From Thermoanaerobaculia bacterium (lineage in GTDB: Bacteria; Acidobacteriota; Thermoanaerobaculia; UBA5066; Gp7-AA6): a DNA stretch of 64,000 bases. The DNA is taken from NCBI GenBank assembly GCA_035500755.1, contig DATJXB010000069.1, forward strand, positions 4,084 to 68,083. Reading direction: 5' to 3'. Positions 27,344 to 35,668 of this stretch are shown here, piece by piece. The position numbers and the translations under genes are program-made. The stretch's first letter is position 1. Each line of letters opens with the position of its first letter. Below the pieces are notes generated by a model. That model searched no databases. It was given only the letters and a program-made list of their open reading frames with translations, and was not told where the DNA came from.

Positions 27344-28703
27344 TCGCGGCCGACCGGCGCCGGCCGCGCCAGTACACCGCCACGCCGGCGGCGAGCATCA
27401 CGAGGGTCAGCCCGACGACCTTGACGACGGCGAGCGCCTTGTTCGGATCCTCCTCGGCGGGAAAGAGGGCGAGGACGATGGACGCGATCGTGGTCAACAG
27501 ACCCAGGACCCCGAGGAGAGCCACGGCGCGGCTGCCGCCCGGGATCCAGAAGCCGGGCACCTTCGCTTCGGCGCGCAGCTTGATCGCGGCGGCGAAGAGA
27601 TAAAGAAACGGGATGAAGTACCAGATGATCGTCATGCTCACGAGGGCGTCGTACGCGCCGCGCACGGACGTGCCGGCTTGCCCGAGAAAGATGAAGACGG
27701 CGGTGATGAGCGCCTGCGCGAGGAGCGCCACCCAGGGCGTTCCCCATTTCGGGTGCAGGCGGGCGAGCCCCGACGGCAGGTAGCTGTCGAGGCCGGCGAC
27801 GAACGGGATCCGAGCGACCGACGCGAGCCAGGCGCCGACGCTGCCGAGGGCGGTGACGGTGATGAGCGCCGCCGCCAGCGGCGAGATGCCCGACAGTCCG
27901 ATGCGCGTTTCCGCGCTCTGGATGGCCTGCATGATGCCCTGGAGGCCCGTGATCCGGCTCGCCGGGAGCGCGACGAGCACGCTGATCGTTCCCGCGAGGT
28001 AGATCGCGAGGATGATGGGGAGCGACACCAGGATCGCGCGCGGCACCGTCTTCCCCGCGTCGTGGATCTCGTCTCCGAGAAACGACGCCGACTCGAGGCC
28101 GGTCATGGCGAAGGCGATCGTGGACCAGAAGATGATGTCCTTCAGGTGCGTCCCGGGCAGCAGGGCGGCGCCCGTCAGGCGCGTCGCCGAGCCGAACTTC
28201 AGCCACGCGGCCGCCCCGAGGAAGACGAGGATCGCCGTCGCGAGCCACCGGGCGATCGCCCCCACGTTCGAGAGCCACTTCCCGATCTCGACGCCGACGA
28301 CGTTGACGGCCGTCCCGAAGGCGAGGCCGAGGAGCGAGGCGCCGATGAAGTACGGGGCGCTCGTCGAGTAGGCCGTCCAGCGCGCGCCGCCCGCGAAGAG
28401 GGCGTTGCCGGCCGCGAAGTAGAGGACGGCCGGGAAGTACGGCAGGTTCGACATCCAGTACGACCAGCCCGTCAGGAATCCGGCGAAGTCGCCGAACGCG
28501 ACCTTCGACCAGACGTAGACGCCGCCCTCCTCCGGATGGCGCGACGAGAGCGCGATCACACACACGCCGAGCGGCGCGCCCATCGCGAAGAAGCCGATGA
28601 TCCAGACGGTGAGGGAGGAAGCGCCGCCCGCCGCGGCCGTCGCGACCCACTGGAGGTTCGTGCCGGCGGTGATGATGAAGAAGAGCACGTCCCGGAACCC
28701 CAT
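27324..28703 (-). CDS. APC-superfamily amino acid/amine permease
   Basis: About 12 predicted TM segments. N-terminal FFIITAGTNLQW...EGGVYVW motif is typical of APC permeases. Its 3' end overlaps the convergent upstream gene by 20 nt. Confidence 0.88.
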   Translation of the reverse strand: MGFRDVLFFIITAGTNLQWVATAAAGGASSLTVWIIGFFAMGAPLGVCVIALSSRHPEEGGVYVWSKVAFGDFAGFLTGWSYWMSNLPYFPAVLYFAAGNALFAGGARWTAYSTSAPYFIGASLLGLAFGTAVNVVGVEIGKWLSNVGAIARWLATAILVFLGAAAWLKFGSATRLTGAALLPGTHLKDIIFWSTIAFAMTGLESASFLGDEIHDAGKTVPRAILVSLPIILAIYLAGTISVLVALPASRITGLQGIMQAIQSAETRIGLSGISPLAAALITVTALGSVGAWLASVARIPFVAGLDSYLPSGLARLHPKWGTPWVALLAQALITAVFIFLGQAGTSVRGAYDALVSMTIIWYFIPFLYLFAAAIKLRAEAKVPGFWIPGGSRAVALLGVLGLLTTIASIVLALFPAEEDPNKALAVVKVVGLTLVMLAAGVAVYWRGRRRSAATTVRRG

Positions 28704-28780
28704 CGCTCGATGGAGACCGGCCGGGTGCGAGCCCGTCGGGCAGCGTTCGTCGAAGGTGGAGTCTGCGATGGCGGGGATCG

Positions 28781-28815
28781 TAAACCGTGAACCGCGAACC
28801 GTGAACCGAAAAACG
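28781..28815. repeat. Five tandem heptamers, consensus TGAACCG
   Basis: TAAACCG TGAACCG CGAACCG TGAACCG AAAAACG, read directly. Located in the 132-nt spacer between the Rieske gene stop (28836) and the permease start (28703). Confidence 0.85.
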
Positions 28816-28835
28816 CCGTCTCGCCGGCTCCCGGC

Positions 28836-29930
28836 TCACGCCCGCAGCGCGCGCGTCAGCAGCTCGTGGAAGTGGTGGAGGCCGTTCTCGCGGAGCACCG
28901 AGTACCGGCCCCGGTCGTAGGTGCGGGAGCGCAGGCCCTTCTGGACGGCCTCGCAGATCGCGATGTCCTCCTGCTGCACCTGGTCGCTGAACGCGAACGA
29001 GCGCGCGAACTCCTCGGCGACCCCCGGGCTGTTCGGCTCGAGGACGTACCACTCGAAGCGGGTCAGTGTCCGGTCGGGTCCGAGCGGCAGGATGATGTTC
29101 GTCTGCAGGTTGTCGGGATAGAGGTTCAGCATCAGGTTCGGGAAGACCCAGTAATAGAGCGCCTCGGCCTGCGCGCCCTCGGGGAGGTTGCGCCGGTAGA
29201 GCGAGTCTTCGTTCTTCGACCGGATCGGCGCGTGCTGCTTGGAGTGGTACGACGCCGTCTCGACCTTGTAGGCGCGGTAGTCGAGCTCCTTGAAGAGCTC
29301 GGGGTGCACGATCGGGATGTGGTAGCCCTCGAGGTAGTTGTCGACGTAGACCTTCCAGTTGCAGGCGACCTCGTAGTCGATCTTCTTGAAGAGGCTCATG
29401 TGCTCGAGCGGCAGGTGCGCCGTCTCCGCGGGGATCGAGCCGAGGACCTCGGTCAGGGGAGGCGCGCTCGCGTCGAGGCAGACGAAGAGAAACGGTCCCC
29501 ACGCCTCGACCCGGACGGCGGGAAGCCTCTGGGCGTCCTTCTCGAAGCACTGCACGCCGTCCCACTCGGGGGTCGACTGAAGCCGTCCGTCGAGCGAATA
29601 GGTCCAGCCGTGATACCCGCACATCAGCGCCTTGCGGTGGCCGGCGCCGCGGGCGACGGGCCCGGCGCGGTGGCGGCAGACGTTCGAAAAAGCCCGGATC
29701 TGGCCGTCCTCCGCTCGCGTGACCACGAGGGGCTCGGAGGCGACCGTGCACGTGAAGTAGTCGCCGGGCAGGCGGACCTGCTCGCTGTGGCCGACGAGCT
29801 GCCAGGTCTTCCCGAAGACGCGGTCCTGCTCGCGCTCGAGGATGGCGGGGTCGCGGTACCACGTCGACGGGATCGTCGCCGCCGAGGCGAGGTCCGCGTC
29901 GAAGCGGAACGTGCCGGGATCCGGCGTCAC
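28836..29930 (-). CDS. Rieske [2Fe-2S] non-heme-iron oxygenase alpha subunit, choline-monooxygenase-like
   Basis: Rieske motif CRHRAGPVARGAGHRKALMCGYHGW (CxH-x16-CxxH). Mononuclear iron motif DNYLEGYHIPIVHP (H-x4-H). GTG 29930 overlaps the TetR stop (GTGA). Confidence 0.9.
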   Translation of the reverse strand: MTPDPGTFRFDADLASAATIPSTWYRDPAILEREQDRVFGKTWQLVGHSEQVRLPGDYFTCTVASEPLVVTRAEDGQIRAFSNVCRHRAGPVARGAGHRKALMCGYHGWTYSLDGRLQSTPEWDGVQCFEKDAQRLPAVRVEAWGPFLFVCLDASAPPLTEVLGSIPAETAHLPLEHMSLFKKIDYEVACNWKVYVDNYLEGYHIPIVHPELFKELDYRAYKVETASYHSKQHAPIRSKNEDSLYRRNLPEGAQAEALYYWVFPNLMLNLYPDNLQTNIILPLGPDRTLTRFEWYVLEPNSPGVAEEFARSFAFSDQVQQEDIAICEAVQKGLRSRTYDRGRYSVLRENGLHHFHELLTRALRA

Positions 29931-30643
29931 GCGCGGCGCTCCTTCGGGCGGGCGGTCCGCGGCCGGGCCGGCGTTCGCGAAGCGATGGCGCCCGCGAGGA
30001 GGTCCAGGAACTGCTCGATGCGCGCGGCCGTCTTCTCGGCGCGGTTGCCCTGCCGCGAGAAGAGACCGGGGTCCAGCTCCTCGGTCAGGAGGGCGTCCTG
30101 GAAGCGCTCGACCGTCCACTCCATGATCGAGACGATCATGGTTTCGTCGACGTCCGACCGCACCTCGCCGCGCTCGACGCCGAGCCGGACGAAAGCGCCG
30201 GTGCCGTACGGATCGCGGTCGCGCAGGAAACGGTTGATCTCCTGGCGGAGCTTCAGGTCCGTGCCGTAGTTGCCGAGGAGCGCGATCCGGTAGGGGATCC
30301 AGTTCTCGCGGAGGAGGCGGTCGGTCCGCTCCAGCCAGTAGCGCAGGATCGCGAAGAAGCCGCGCGCCACGACCTCCGGCGGCGCCTCGAGCCAGGCCGG
30401 AAAGGAGGTCACCGCCTTCTTGTAGCCGGCGAGGAAGAGCCCCTCCTTGCTGCCGAAGTGCTGGAACACGGAGCCCTTGGCGATCGACAGCTCCGTGGCC
30501 ACGTCCTCGATGCGCGTGGCGTGGTAACCGCGCTCGGCGAACTGGCGCATGGAGGTGTCGAGAATGCGGGCGCGCTTGGCCTCGGCCCGCGGCTGGGGCG
30601 CGGGCAGGCGCGCGGGGACGGTACGTTCGTCTGTGGTTCTCAT
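29927..30643 (-). CDS. TetR/AcrR-family transcriptional regulator
   Basis: N-terminal HTH ILDTSMRQFAERGYHATRIEDVATELSIAKGSVFQHFGSKEGLF. First gene of the minus-strand operon, divergent from 30720. Confidence 0.9.
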   Translation of the reverse strand: MRTTDERTVPARLPAPQPRAEAKRARILDTSMRQFAERGYHATRIEDVATELSIAKGSVFQHFGSKEGLFLAGYKKAVTSFPAWLEAPPEVVARGFFAILRYWLERTDRLLRENWIPYRIALLGNYGTDLKLRQEINRFLRDRDPYGTGAFVRLGVERGEVRSDVDETMIVSIMEWTVERFQDALLTEELDPGLFSRQGNRAEKTAARIEQFLDLLAGAIASRTPARPRTARPKERRA

Positions 30644-30719
30644 GACTATAGGTCAGCTTACAAAACTGTCACGGCCGAATCAACCTGTGCTAGCTTAAAA
30701 ATACGAGCAGCAGCCGGCA

Positions 30720-32339
30720 ATGACTGCGGATCAGAAGACCCGTCGGTCGTACGACGCGGTGGTCGTGGGCGCGGGCCACAACGGCCTGACGGCGGCGGCG
30801 TACCTCGCCCGCGCGGGACTCTCGACCCTGGTGCTCGAGCGGCGTGCGATCGTCGGCGGCGCGTGCGTCACCGAGGAGATCGCGCCGGGCTGCCGGGCGT
30901 CGACGACGTCGTACATCGCGAGCATGCTCCGGCCCGAGGTCATCGCCGACCTCGACCTGCCGCGGCACGGGCTCCGCATGGTCCCGTGCGATCCCGCGCT
31001 GCTCGTGCCGTTTCCGGACGGGACGGCGGTGGCGTGGTGGTCAGAGCGCGAGAAGACGGTGCGCGAGATCGCGAAGCTGTCGGAGGCCGACGCGAAGACC
31101 TTCGTGCGCGTCGACGACGAGCTCAAGAAGCTCGCCCGCTATCTCCAGCCGTTCTTCCTCGAGCCGCCGCCCGACGTCGGCGTCCGCGGGCTCCCCGGCC
31201 TTCTCGAGGCGCTCCGCGTCGGCAAGCGCTTCCGCGGCATCAGCGGCGCCGAGATCGGCCGCATGGTGTCGTTCCTGACGGGGAGCCTCGGCGACTTCCT
31301 CGACCGCAACTACGAGTCCGAGAAGGTCAAGACGCTCTTCCTCGCCAACAACGTCTACGGCAAGCACGGCGGCCCGTACGCGCCCGGCACCGCGCTCGGA
31401 CTGCTCTTCCACCTGCTCTCGGGCGGCGAGCACGAGCTCCAGGGCTTCTACGGACACGTCCTCGGCGGGATGGGCGCGATCACGCAGGCCATGGAGGCGG
31501 CGGCCCGCGGCTTCGGCGCCGACGTGCGCACCGCGGCGCCGGTCGCGCGGATCCAGGTGTCCGGCGGCCGGGCGCGCGGCGTCGTGCTCGAGGACGGCAC
31601 CGAGATCGCCGCGAAGGTCGTCGTGTCGAACGCGGACCCGAAGCGCACCTTTCTCGGGCTCGTCGAGGAGCGGGAGCTGCCCGAGGAGTTCCGGCGCGCC
31701 GTGGCCGGGATCAAGATGGAGGGCCCCTGCGCCAAGGTCAACTTCGTCCTTTCCGAGGAGCCGCGCGTCGAGGCGATGCCTCCCGGGTTCCGCCGGTCCG
31801 AGCGCGCCCTCTTCACCCTCGTGCCGTCGCTCGAGTTCGCCGAGCGCTGCTACGGGATCGCGCGGACGGGTGAGCTTCCCGAGGAGCTCTGGGTCGACTG
31901 CGTCGTGGCGTCGAACGTGGATCCGTCGCTCGCTCCCGAGGGCCGCCACGTCATGACGTGCTTCGTGCAGTACGTGCCGTACCGGTTGAACGACGGCACG
32001 TGGGACGAGAAGCGCGAGCTCCTCGGCGACCGCGTCGTCCGGAAGATCGCCGAGTACGCGCCGAACGTGCCGGGCTCGGTCCTCGCGCGGCAGGTCCTGA
32101 CGCCGCTCGACCTCGAGCGCACCTACGGCCTGACCGAGGGCAACATTTTCCACGGCGACCTCTCCCTGGAGCAGCTCTTCTTCCTGCGGCCGGTGGCGGG
32201 CTTTGCGCGCTACCGGACGCCGGTGGCCGGCCTCTATCTCTGCGGCGCGGGCGCCCACCCGGGCGGCGGCGTCACGGGCGCTCCGGGCCACAACGCCTCG
32301 CGGCAGGTGCTGCGCGACTGGAAGCGGGGCGCGGCGTGA
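30720..32339 (+). CDS. Phytoene-desaturase (CrtI)/amine-oxidase-family FAD-dependent oxidoreductase
   Basis: YDAVVVGAGHNGLTAAAYLARAG dinucleotide fold. About 540 aa, typical of CrtI-like NAD(P)/FAD oxidoreductases. C-terminal GAGAHPGGGVTGAPG. Confidence 0.88.
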   Translation: MTADQKTRRSYDAVVVGAGHNGLTAAAYLARAGLSTLVLERRAIVGGACVTEEIAPGCRASTTSYIASMLRPEVIADLDLPRHGLRMVPCDPALLVPFPDGTAVAWWSEREKTVREIAKLSEADAKTFVRVDDELKKLARYLQPFFLEPPPDVGVRGLPGLLEALRVGKRFRGISGAEIGRMVSFLTGSLGDFLDRNYESEKVKTLFLANNVYGKHGGPYAPGTALGLLFHLLSGGEHELQGFYGHVLGGMGAITQAMEAAARGFGADVRTAAPVARIQVSGGRARGVVLEDGTEIAAKVVVSNADPKRTFLGLVEERELPEEFRRAVAGIKMEGPCAKVNFVLSEEPRVEAMPPGFRRSERALFTLVPSLEFAERCYGIARTGELPEELWVDCVVASNVDPSLAPEGRHVMTCFVQYVPYRLNDGTWDEKRELLGDRVVRKIAEYAPNVPGSVLARQVLTPLDLERTYGLTEGNIFHGDLSLEQLFFLRPVAGFARYRTPVAGLYLCGAGAHPGGGVTGAPGHNASRQVLRDWKRGAA

Positions 32340-33541
32340 GCGGCGCGGGCGGCGACCTGCCGCGCTCGGCCGACGTCGTCGTCCTCGGCGCCGGCGTCAT
32401 GGGCGCGTCGATCGCGTTTCACCTGGCGCGCCGCGGCGCCGGTCGGGTCCTCGTCCTCGACAAGGGCGACGTCGCCTCGGGCGGCAGCGGGCGGTCCTCC
32501 GCGCTCGTGCGCATGCACTACAGCTTTCCGCCGGAAGTGGACCTCGCCGTCAGGAGCCTCGCGATCTTCCGCGCCTGGAGGGACTACGTCGGGCGCGACG
32601 GGCACTTCCGGCAGACGGGCTTCGTCCGCATCGTCCCGGAGTCGGAGCTCCCGCGCCTCGAGCAGAACGTCGCGATGCAGCGCTCGCGCGGCGTGGACGC
32701 GCGCGTCGTGGATCGGCGCGAGCTCGCCGCGATCGCGCCGGCGTGGAACGTCGACGACGTGCCTTACGCGGCCTGGGAGCCGGGGTCGGGGCACGGCGAC
32801 GGCGCCGGCGTCGCGACGGATTTTCTCGAGCGGGCGCGCGAGATGGGCGTGACGTACCGGTCTCAGACGCGCGCGACGCGGTTTCTCGTCGACGGCGGCC
32901 GCGTCGCGGGAGTCGATACCGACCGCGGCGCGGTTTCGGCTCCCGTCGTCGTCGCGGCGACCGGGCCGTGGAGCCGGCCGCTCTTCGCGCGGGTCGGCTT
33001 CGACCTTCCCGTCGAAGGGGAGTACCACGAGGTCGCGATCCTGAAGGACCCGCCGGGATCCGCGGGCGTCGGACCCGCCTGCATCGACGGGATCACGACG
33101 ACCTACTTCCGGCCCGAGGTCGGCGGGCTGACCCTCGTCGGCGATTTCTGGGGAAAGCGCGGCGTCGACCCGGACTCCTTCTCGCCGTCGGCGACCTCCG
33201 ACTCGCTCGCGGGGCTCGTCGCGCGCGCGGTCGGCCGCGTGCCGGCGCTCGAGGACGCCGCGATCTGGCGCGGCGTGACGGGCGTCTACGACGTCTCGCC
33301 CGACTTCCGGCCGCTGATCGGGCAAACGCCCGGCGTGCGCGGCCTGTGGATCGTGTGCGGCTTTTCCGGAATGGGATTCAAGATCTCGCCCGCGGTCGGC
33401 CTCGCCGTGTCGGAGCTGCTGCTCGACGGGAGGGCGAGCTCGGTCGACATCGCGGCGTTCGATCCGGAGCGTTTCGCGCGGGGCGAGCTCATCAAGGCCG
33501 AGTTCGAGTACGGCGACGAAGAGCCGGCGGCGTACACGTGA
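32336..33541 (+). CDS. FAD-dependent oxidoreductase, DAO family (sarcosine/dimethylglycine-oxidase-like)
   Basis: GTG overlaps the upstream stop (GTGA). DVVVLGAGVMGASIAFHLARRG, SGGSGRSSALVR and GFSGMGFKISPAVG are typical of the DAO/SoxB-like family. Confidence 0.88.
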   Translation: MSGAGGDLPRSADVVVLGAGVMGASIAFHLARRGAGRVLVLDKGDVASGGSGRSSALVRMHYSFPPEVDLAVRSLAIFRAWRDYVGRDGHFRQTGFVRIVPESELPRLEQNVAMQRSRGVDARVVDRRELAAIAPAWNVDDVPYAAWEPGSGHGDGAGVATDFLERAREMGVTYRSQTRATRFLVDGGRVAGVDTDRGAVSAPVVVAATGPWSRPLFARVGFDLPVEGEYHEVAILKDPPGSAGVGPACIDGITTTYFRPEVGGLTLVGDFWGKRGVDPDSFSPSATSDSLAGLVARAVGRVPALEDAAIWRGVTGVYDVSPDFRPLIGQTPGVRGLWIVCGFSGMGFKISPAVGLAVSELLLDGRASSVDIAAFDPERFARGELIKAEFEYGDEEPAAYT

Positions 33542-33548
33542 GCTTCGA

Positions 33549-34574
33549 ATGGAAGCGGAGGAGGCTGCCTTGAAGAAGAACATCCTCGATCGACTCAAAG
33601 ACGGTCCCGTCCTCGGCGACGGCGGTTATCTCCTCGAGCTCGAGAAGCGGGGCTGGGTGCGCGCCGGCCCGTTCACGCCGGAGGTCGCGCTGACGCGGCC
33701 CGACGCGCTGCGCGAGCTCCACACGGAGTTCCGCGAAGCGGGCGCCGAGGTGCTGCAGGCGCTGACGTTCTATGCCAGCCGCGACAAGCTCGCGACCGTC
33801 GGCCTCGAGAACCGGCTCGAGGACCTCAACCGCGCCGCCGTGCGGATCGCCCGCGAGGCCGCCGGCGACCGCTGCCTCGTCGCCGGAAACATCTCGCTGA
33901 CGTGGATGTACGAGCCCGGCAGTCCTTCCGCGGCCGACCGCGTGCGCCGGACCTTCGACGAGCAGCTCGCCGTCCAGGTCGACGAAGGCGTCGACCTCGT
34001 GATCGGCGAGACGTTCTCGTTTCTGGGCGAGGCGCTGATCGCCGTCGCGAGCGCGAAGAAGACGAAGCTCCCCGTGATGGTCACGGTCTGCTTCGAGAAC
34101 CAGCCGATCACCACCGACGGCAAGACGCCGGCCGACTGCGCGCGAGCGCTCCAGGACGCGGGCGCCGACATCGTCGGCATCAACTGCCTGCGCGGCCCGG
34201 AGACGACGCTGCCCCTGATCGAGGAGATGCGCAAGGCCGTCTCCGGCTTCGTGGCGTGCCAGCCGGTCGGCTACCGGACGGCCGCGGACAAGCCCGATTT
34301 CACGAGCCTGCCCGCCTTCCCGTTCGAGCTCGACCCGCTCCAGCACTCGCGCCGCGAAATGGCGCGCTGGGCGGAGCAGGCGCGGGATCTCGGTATCGAC
34401 TTCATCGGCTCCTGCTGCGGGTCGGTCGCGATCCACGTCCGCGAGATGGCGCGGGCGCTCGGAAAGCTCCCGCAGGAGAACCGTCAGTGGCGGGTCGACT
34501 ATTCGAAACCGATGTCGGCCTTCGAGTACTACGGGCACGAGAAGGACGCCGCGTCCGGAGGGCGGCCTGCCTGA
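33549..34574 (+). CDS. Betaine-homocysteine S-methyltransferase-like (Pfam S-methyl_trans) enzyme
   Basis: Aligns by eye with human BHMT: ILDRLKDGPVLGDGGYLLELEKRGWVRAGPFTPE vs [35 protein letters not shown]. Also FYASRDKL, the Zn-ligand contexts GINC and GSCCG, and LPAFPFELDP vs LPEFPFGLEP. Confidence 0.88.
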   Translation: MEAEEAALKKNILDRLKDGPVLGDGGYLLELEKRGWVRAGPFTPEVALTRPDALRELHTEFREAGAEVLQALTFYASRDKLATVGLENRLEDLNRAAVRIAREAAGDRCLVAGNISLTWMYEPGSPSAADRVRRTFDEQLAVQVDEGVDLVIGETFSFLGEALIAVASAKKTKLPVMVTVCFENQPITTDGKTPADCARALQDAGADIVGINCLRGPETTLPLIEEMRKAVSGFVACQPVGYRTAADKPDFTSLPAFPFELDPLQHSRREMARWAEQARDLGIDFIGSCCGSVAIHVREMARALGKLPQENRQWRVDYSKPMSAFEYYGHEKDAASGGRPA

Positions 34575-35668
34575 CGCTCGAGAAATCGCTGCCCTCCGAG
34601 TACTACTTCTCGCCGGAGATCTTCGCGAAGGAGCGCGAGCGGATCTTCAGCCGGGAGTGGGTGTGCGCGGGGCGCAGCGACGGGCTGCCGGCGGCGGGAG
34701 CCCTGAGGGTCCTCGAGCTCTTCGGCGAGAGCCTGCTCGTGGCGCGGACGAGCCAGGGCCGGCTCAGGGCGCACTACAACGTCTGCCGCCACCGCGGCGC
34801 CCGGCTCTGCGCGGGCGACGCGGCGGGACCGACGATCCGCTGCCCGTATCATGCCTGGACCTACGGTCTCGACGGGAAGCTCCTCGGCGCGCCGTTCCTG
34901 AACCAGGACCCGGCGCTCCGCGAGGAGGACTTCTCGCTCCACCCGGTGGGGATCGCGGAGTGGGGCGGCTTCTACTTCCTGAACCTCTGGCCCGCCGGCC
35001 CGGTCGGGCGCGACTTCGAGCGCTGGCTCGGCGCGCTCCCGGCGCGCGTCGCGCGCTACCCCCTCGCTTCGCTCGTCACCGCGCGCGCCCTCGAGTACGA
35101 CGTCCGCGCCAACTGGAAGGTCATCGCGGAGAACTACAACGAGTGCTATCACTGCGCGGGCGTCCACCCGGAGCTCTGCGAGCTGGTCCCGGCCTTCAAG
35201 GAGAAGGGCGGCGCGGGTCTCGACTGGGAGCGCGGCGTGCCGCACCGGGACGGCGCGTTCACGTTCACGCGGTCCGGCACGACGCCGCGCGCGCCGTTTG
35301 CGGGCCTCTCGGAAGAGGAGCGGACGCGCCACAAGGGCGAGCTCGTCTACCCGAATCTCTTCCTGTCATTGTCGGCCGACCACGTGGCGGCCTTTCGCCT
35401 GCTGCCGGAGGCTCCGGACCGAACGCGCGTCGTGTGCGAGTTCCTGTTCGACCCGGCCGAAGCTGCCCGGCCCGGCTTCGACCCCTCCGACGCCGTGGAG
35501 TTCTGGGACCTGATCAACCGGCAGGACTGGACGATCTGCGAGGAGGTCCAGCGCGGGACGTCCTCGCGCGTCCACCGCTTCGGATACTACGCGCCGATGG
35601 AGGACTCGAGCCTCGATATCCGCCGCTACGTTCTCGAGCGGCTCGGCGAGGCGCCTACTTCTTCGTGA
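34487..35668 (+). CDS. Rieske [2Fe-2S] non-heme-iron oxygenase alpha subunit (second paralog)
   Basis: CRHRGARLCAGDAAGPTIRCPYHAW (CxH-x16-CxxH). ENYNECYHCAGVHP (H-x4-H). GTG 34487 has an AGGAG SD 8 nt upstream but overlaps the BHMT-like gene by 88 nt. An alternative CTG at 34571 is less likely. Confidence 0.85.
   Translation: MAGRLFETDVGLRVLRAREGRRVRRAACLTLEKSLPSEYYFSPEIFAKERERIFSREWVCAGRSDGLPAAGALRVLELFGESLLVARTSQGRLRAHYNVCRHRGARLCAGDAAGPTIRCPYHAWTYGLDGKLLGAPFLNQDPALREEDFSLHPVGIAEWGGFYFLNLWPAGPVGRDFERWLGALPARVARYPLASLVTARALEYDVRANWKVIAENYNECYHCAGVHPELCELVPAFKEKGGAGLDWERGVPHRDGAFTFTRSGTTPRAPFAGLSEEERTRHKGELVYPNLFLSLSADHVAAFRLLPEAPDRTRVVCEFLFDPAEAARPGFDPSDAVEFWDLINRQDWTICEEVQRGTSSRVHRFGYYAPMEDSSLDIRRYVLERLGEAPTSS

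Noticed and set aside
28781-28815. Possible CRISPR or minisatellite
   Set aside because: The units are only 7 nt, contiguous, with no spacers, and no cas genes are present. I report it as a simple tandem heptamer repeat instead.
27331-29862. 843-aa minus-strand ORF and 530-aa plus ORF (27198-28790) over the permease
   Set aside because: The APC permease frame shows ~12 hydrophobic helices. The competing frames are Arg/Pro/Asp-rich with no membrane or domain features.
30720-32339. Carotenoid pathway link between the CrtI-like gene here and the CrtE-like synthase at 50137
   Set aside because: The two genes are 18 kb apart in unrelated operons, and no crtB or crtY is present. The context of the CrtI-like gene (DAO oxidase, BHMT-like, Rieske) points to amine oxidation rather than phytoene desaturation.
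34571-34573. CTG overlapping the BHMT-like stop (CTGA) as the start of the second Rieske oxygenase
   Set aside because: An in-frame GTG at 34487 with an AGGAG SD 8 nt upstream is a conventional alternative. The CTG hypothesis is therefore not needed here, unlike for msrQ and the prenyl synthase.
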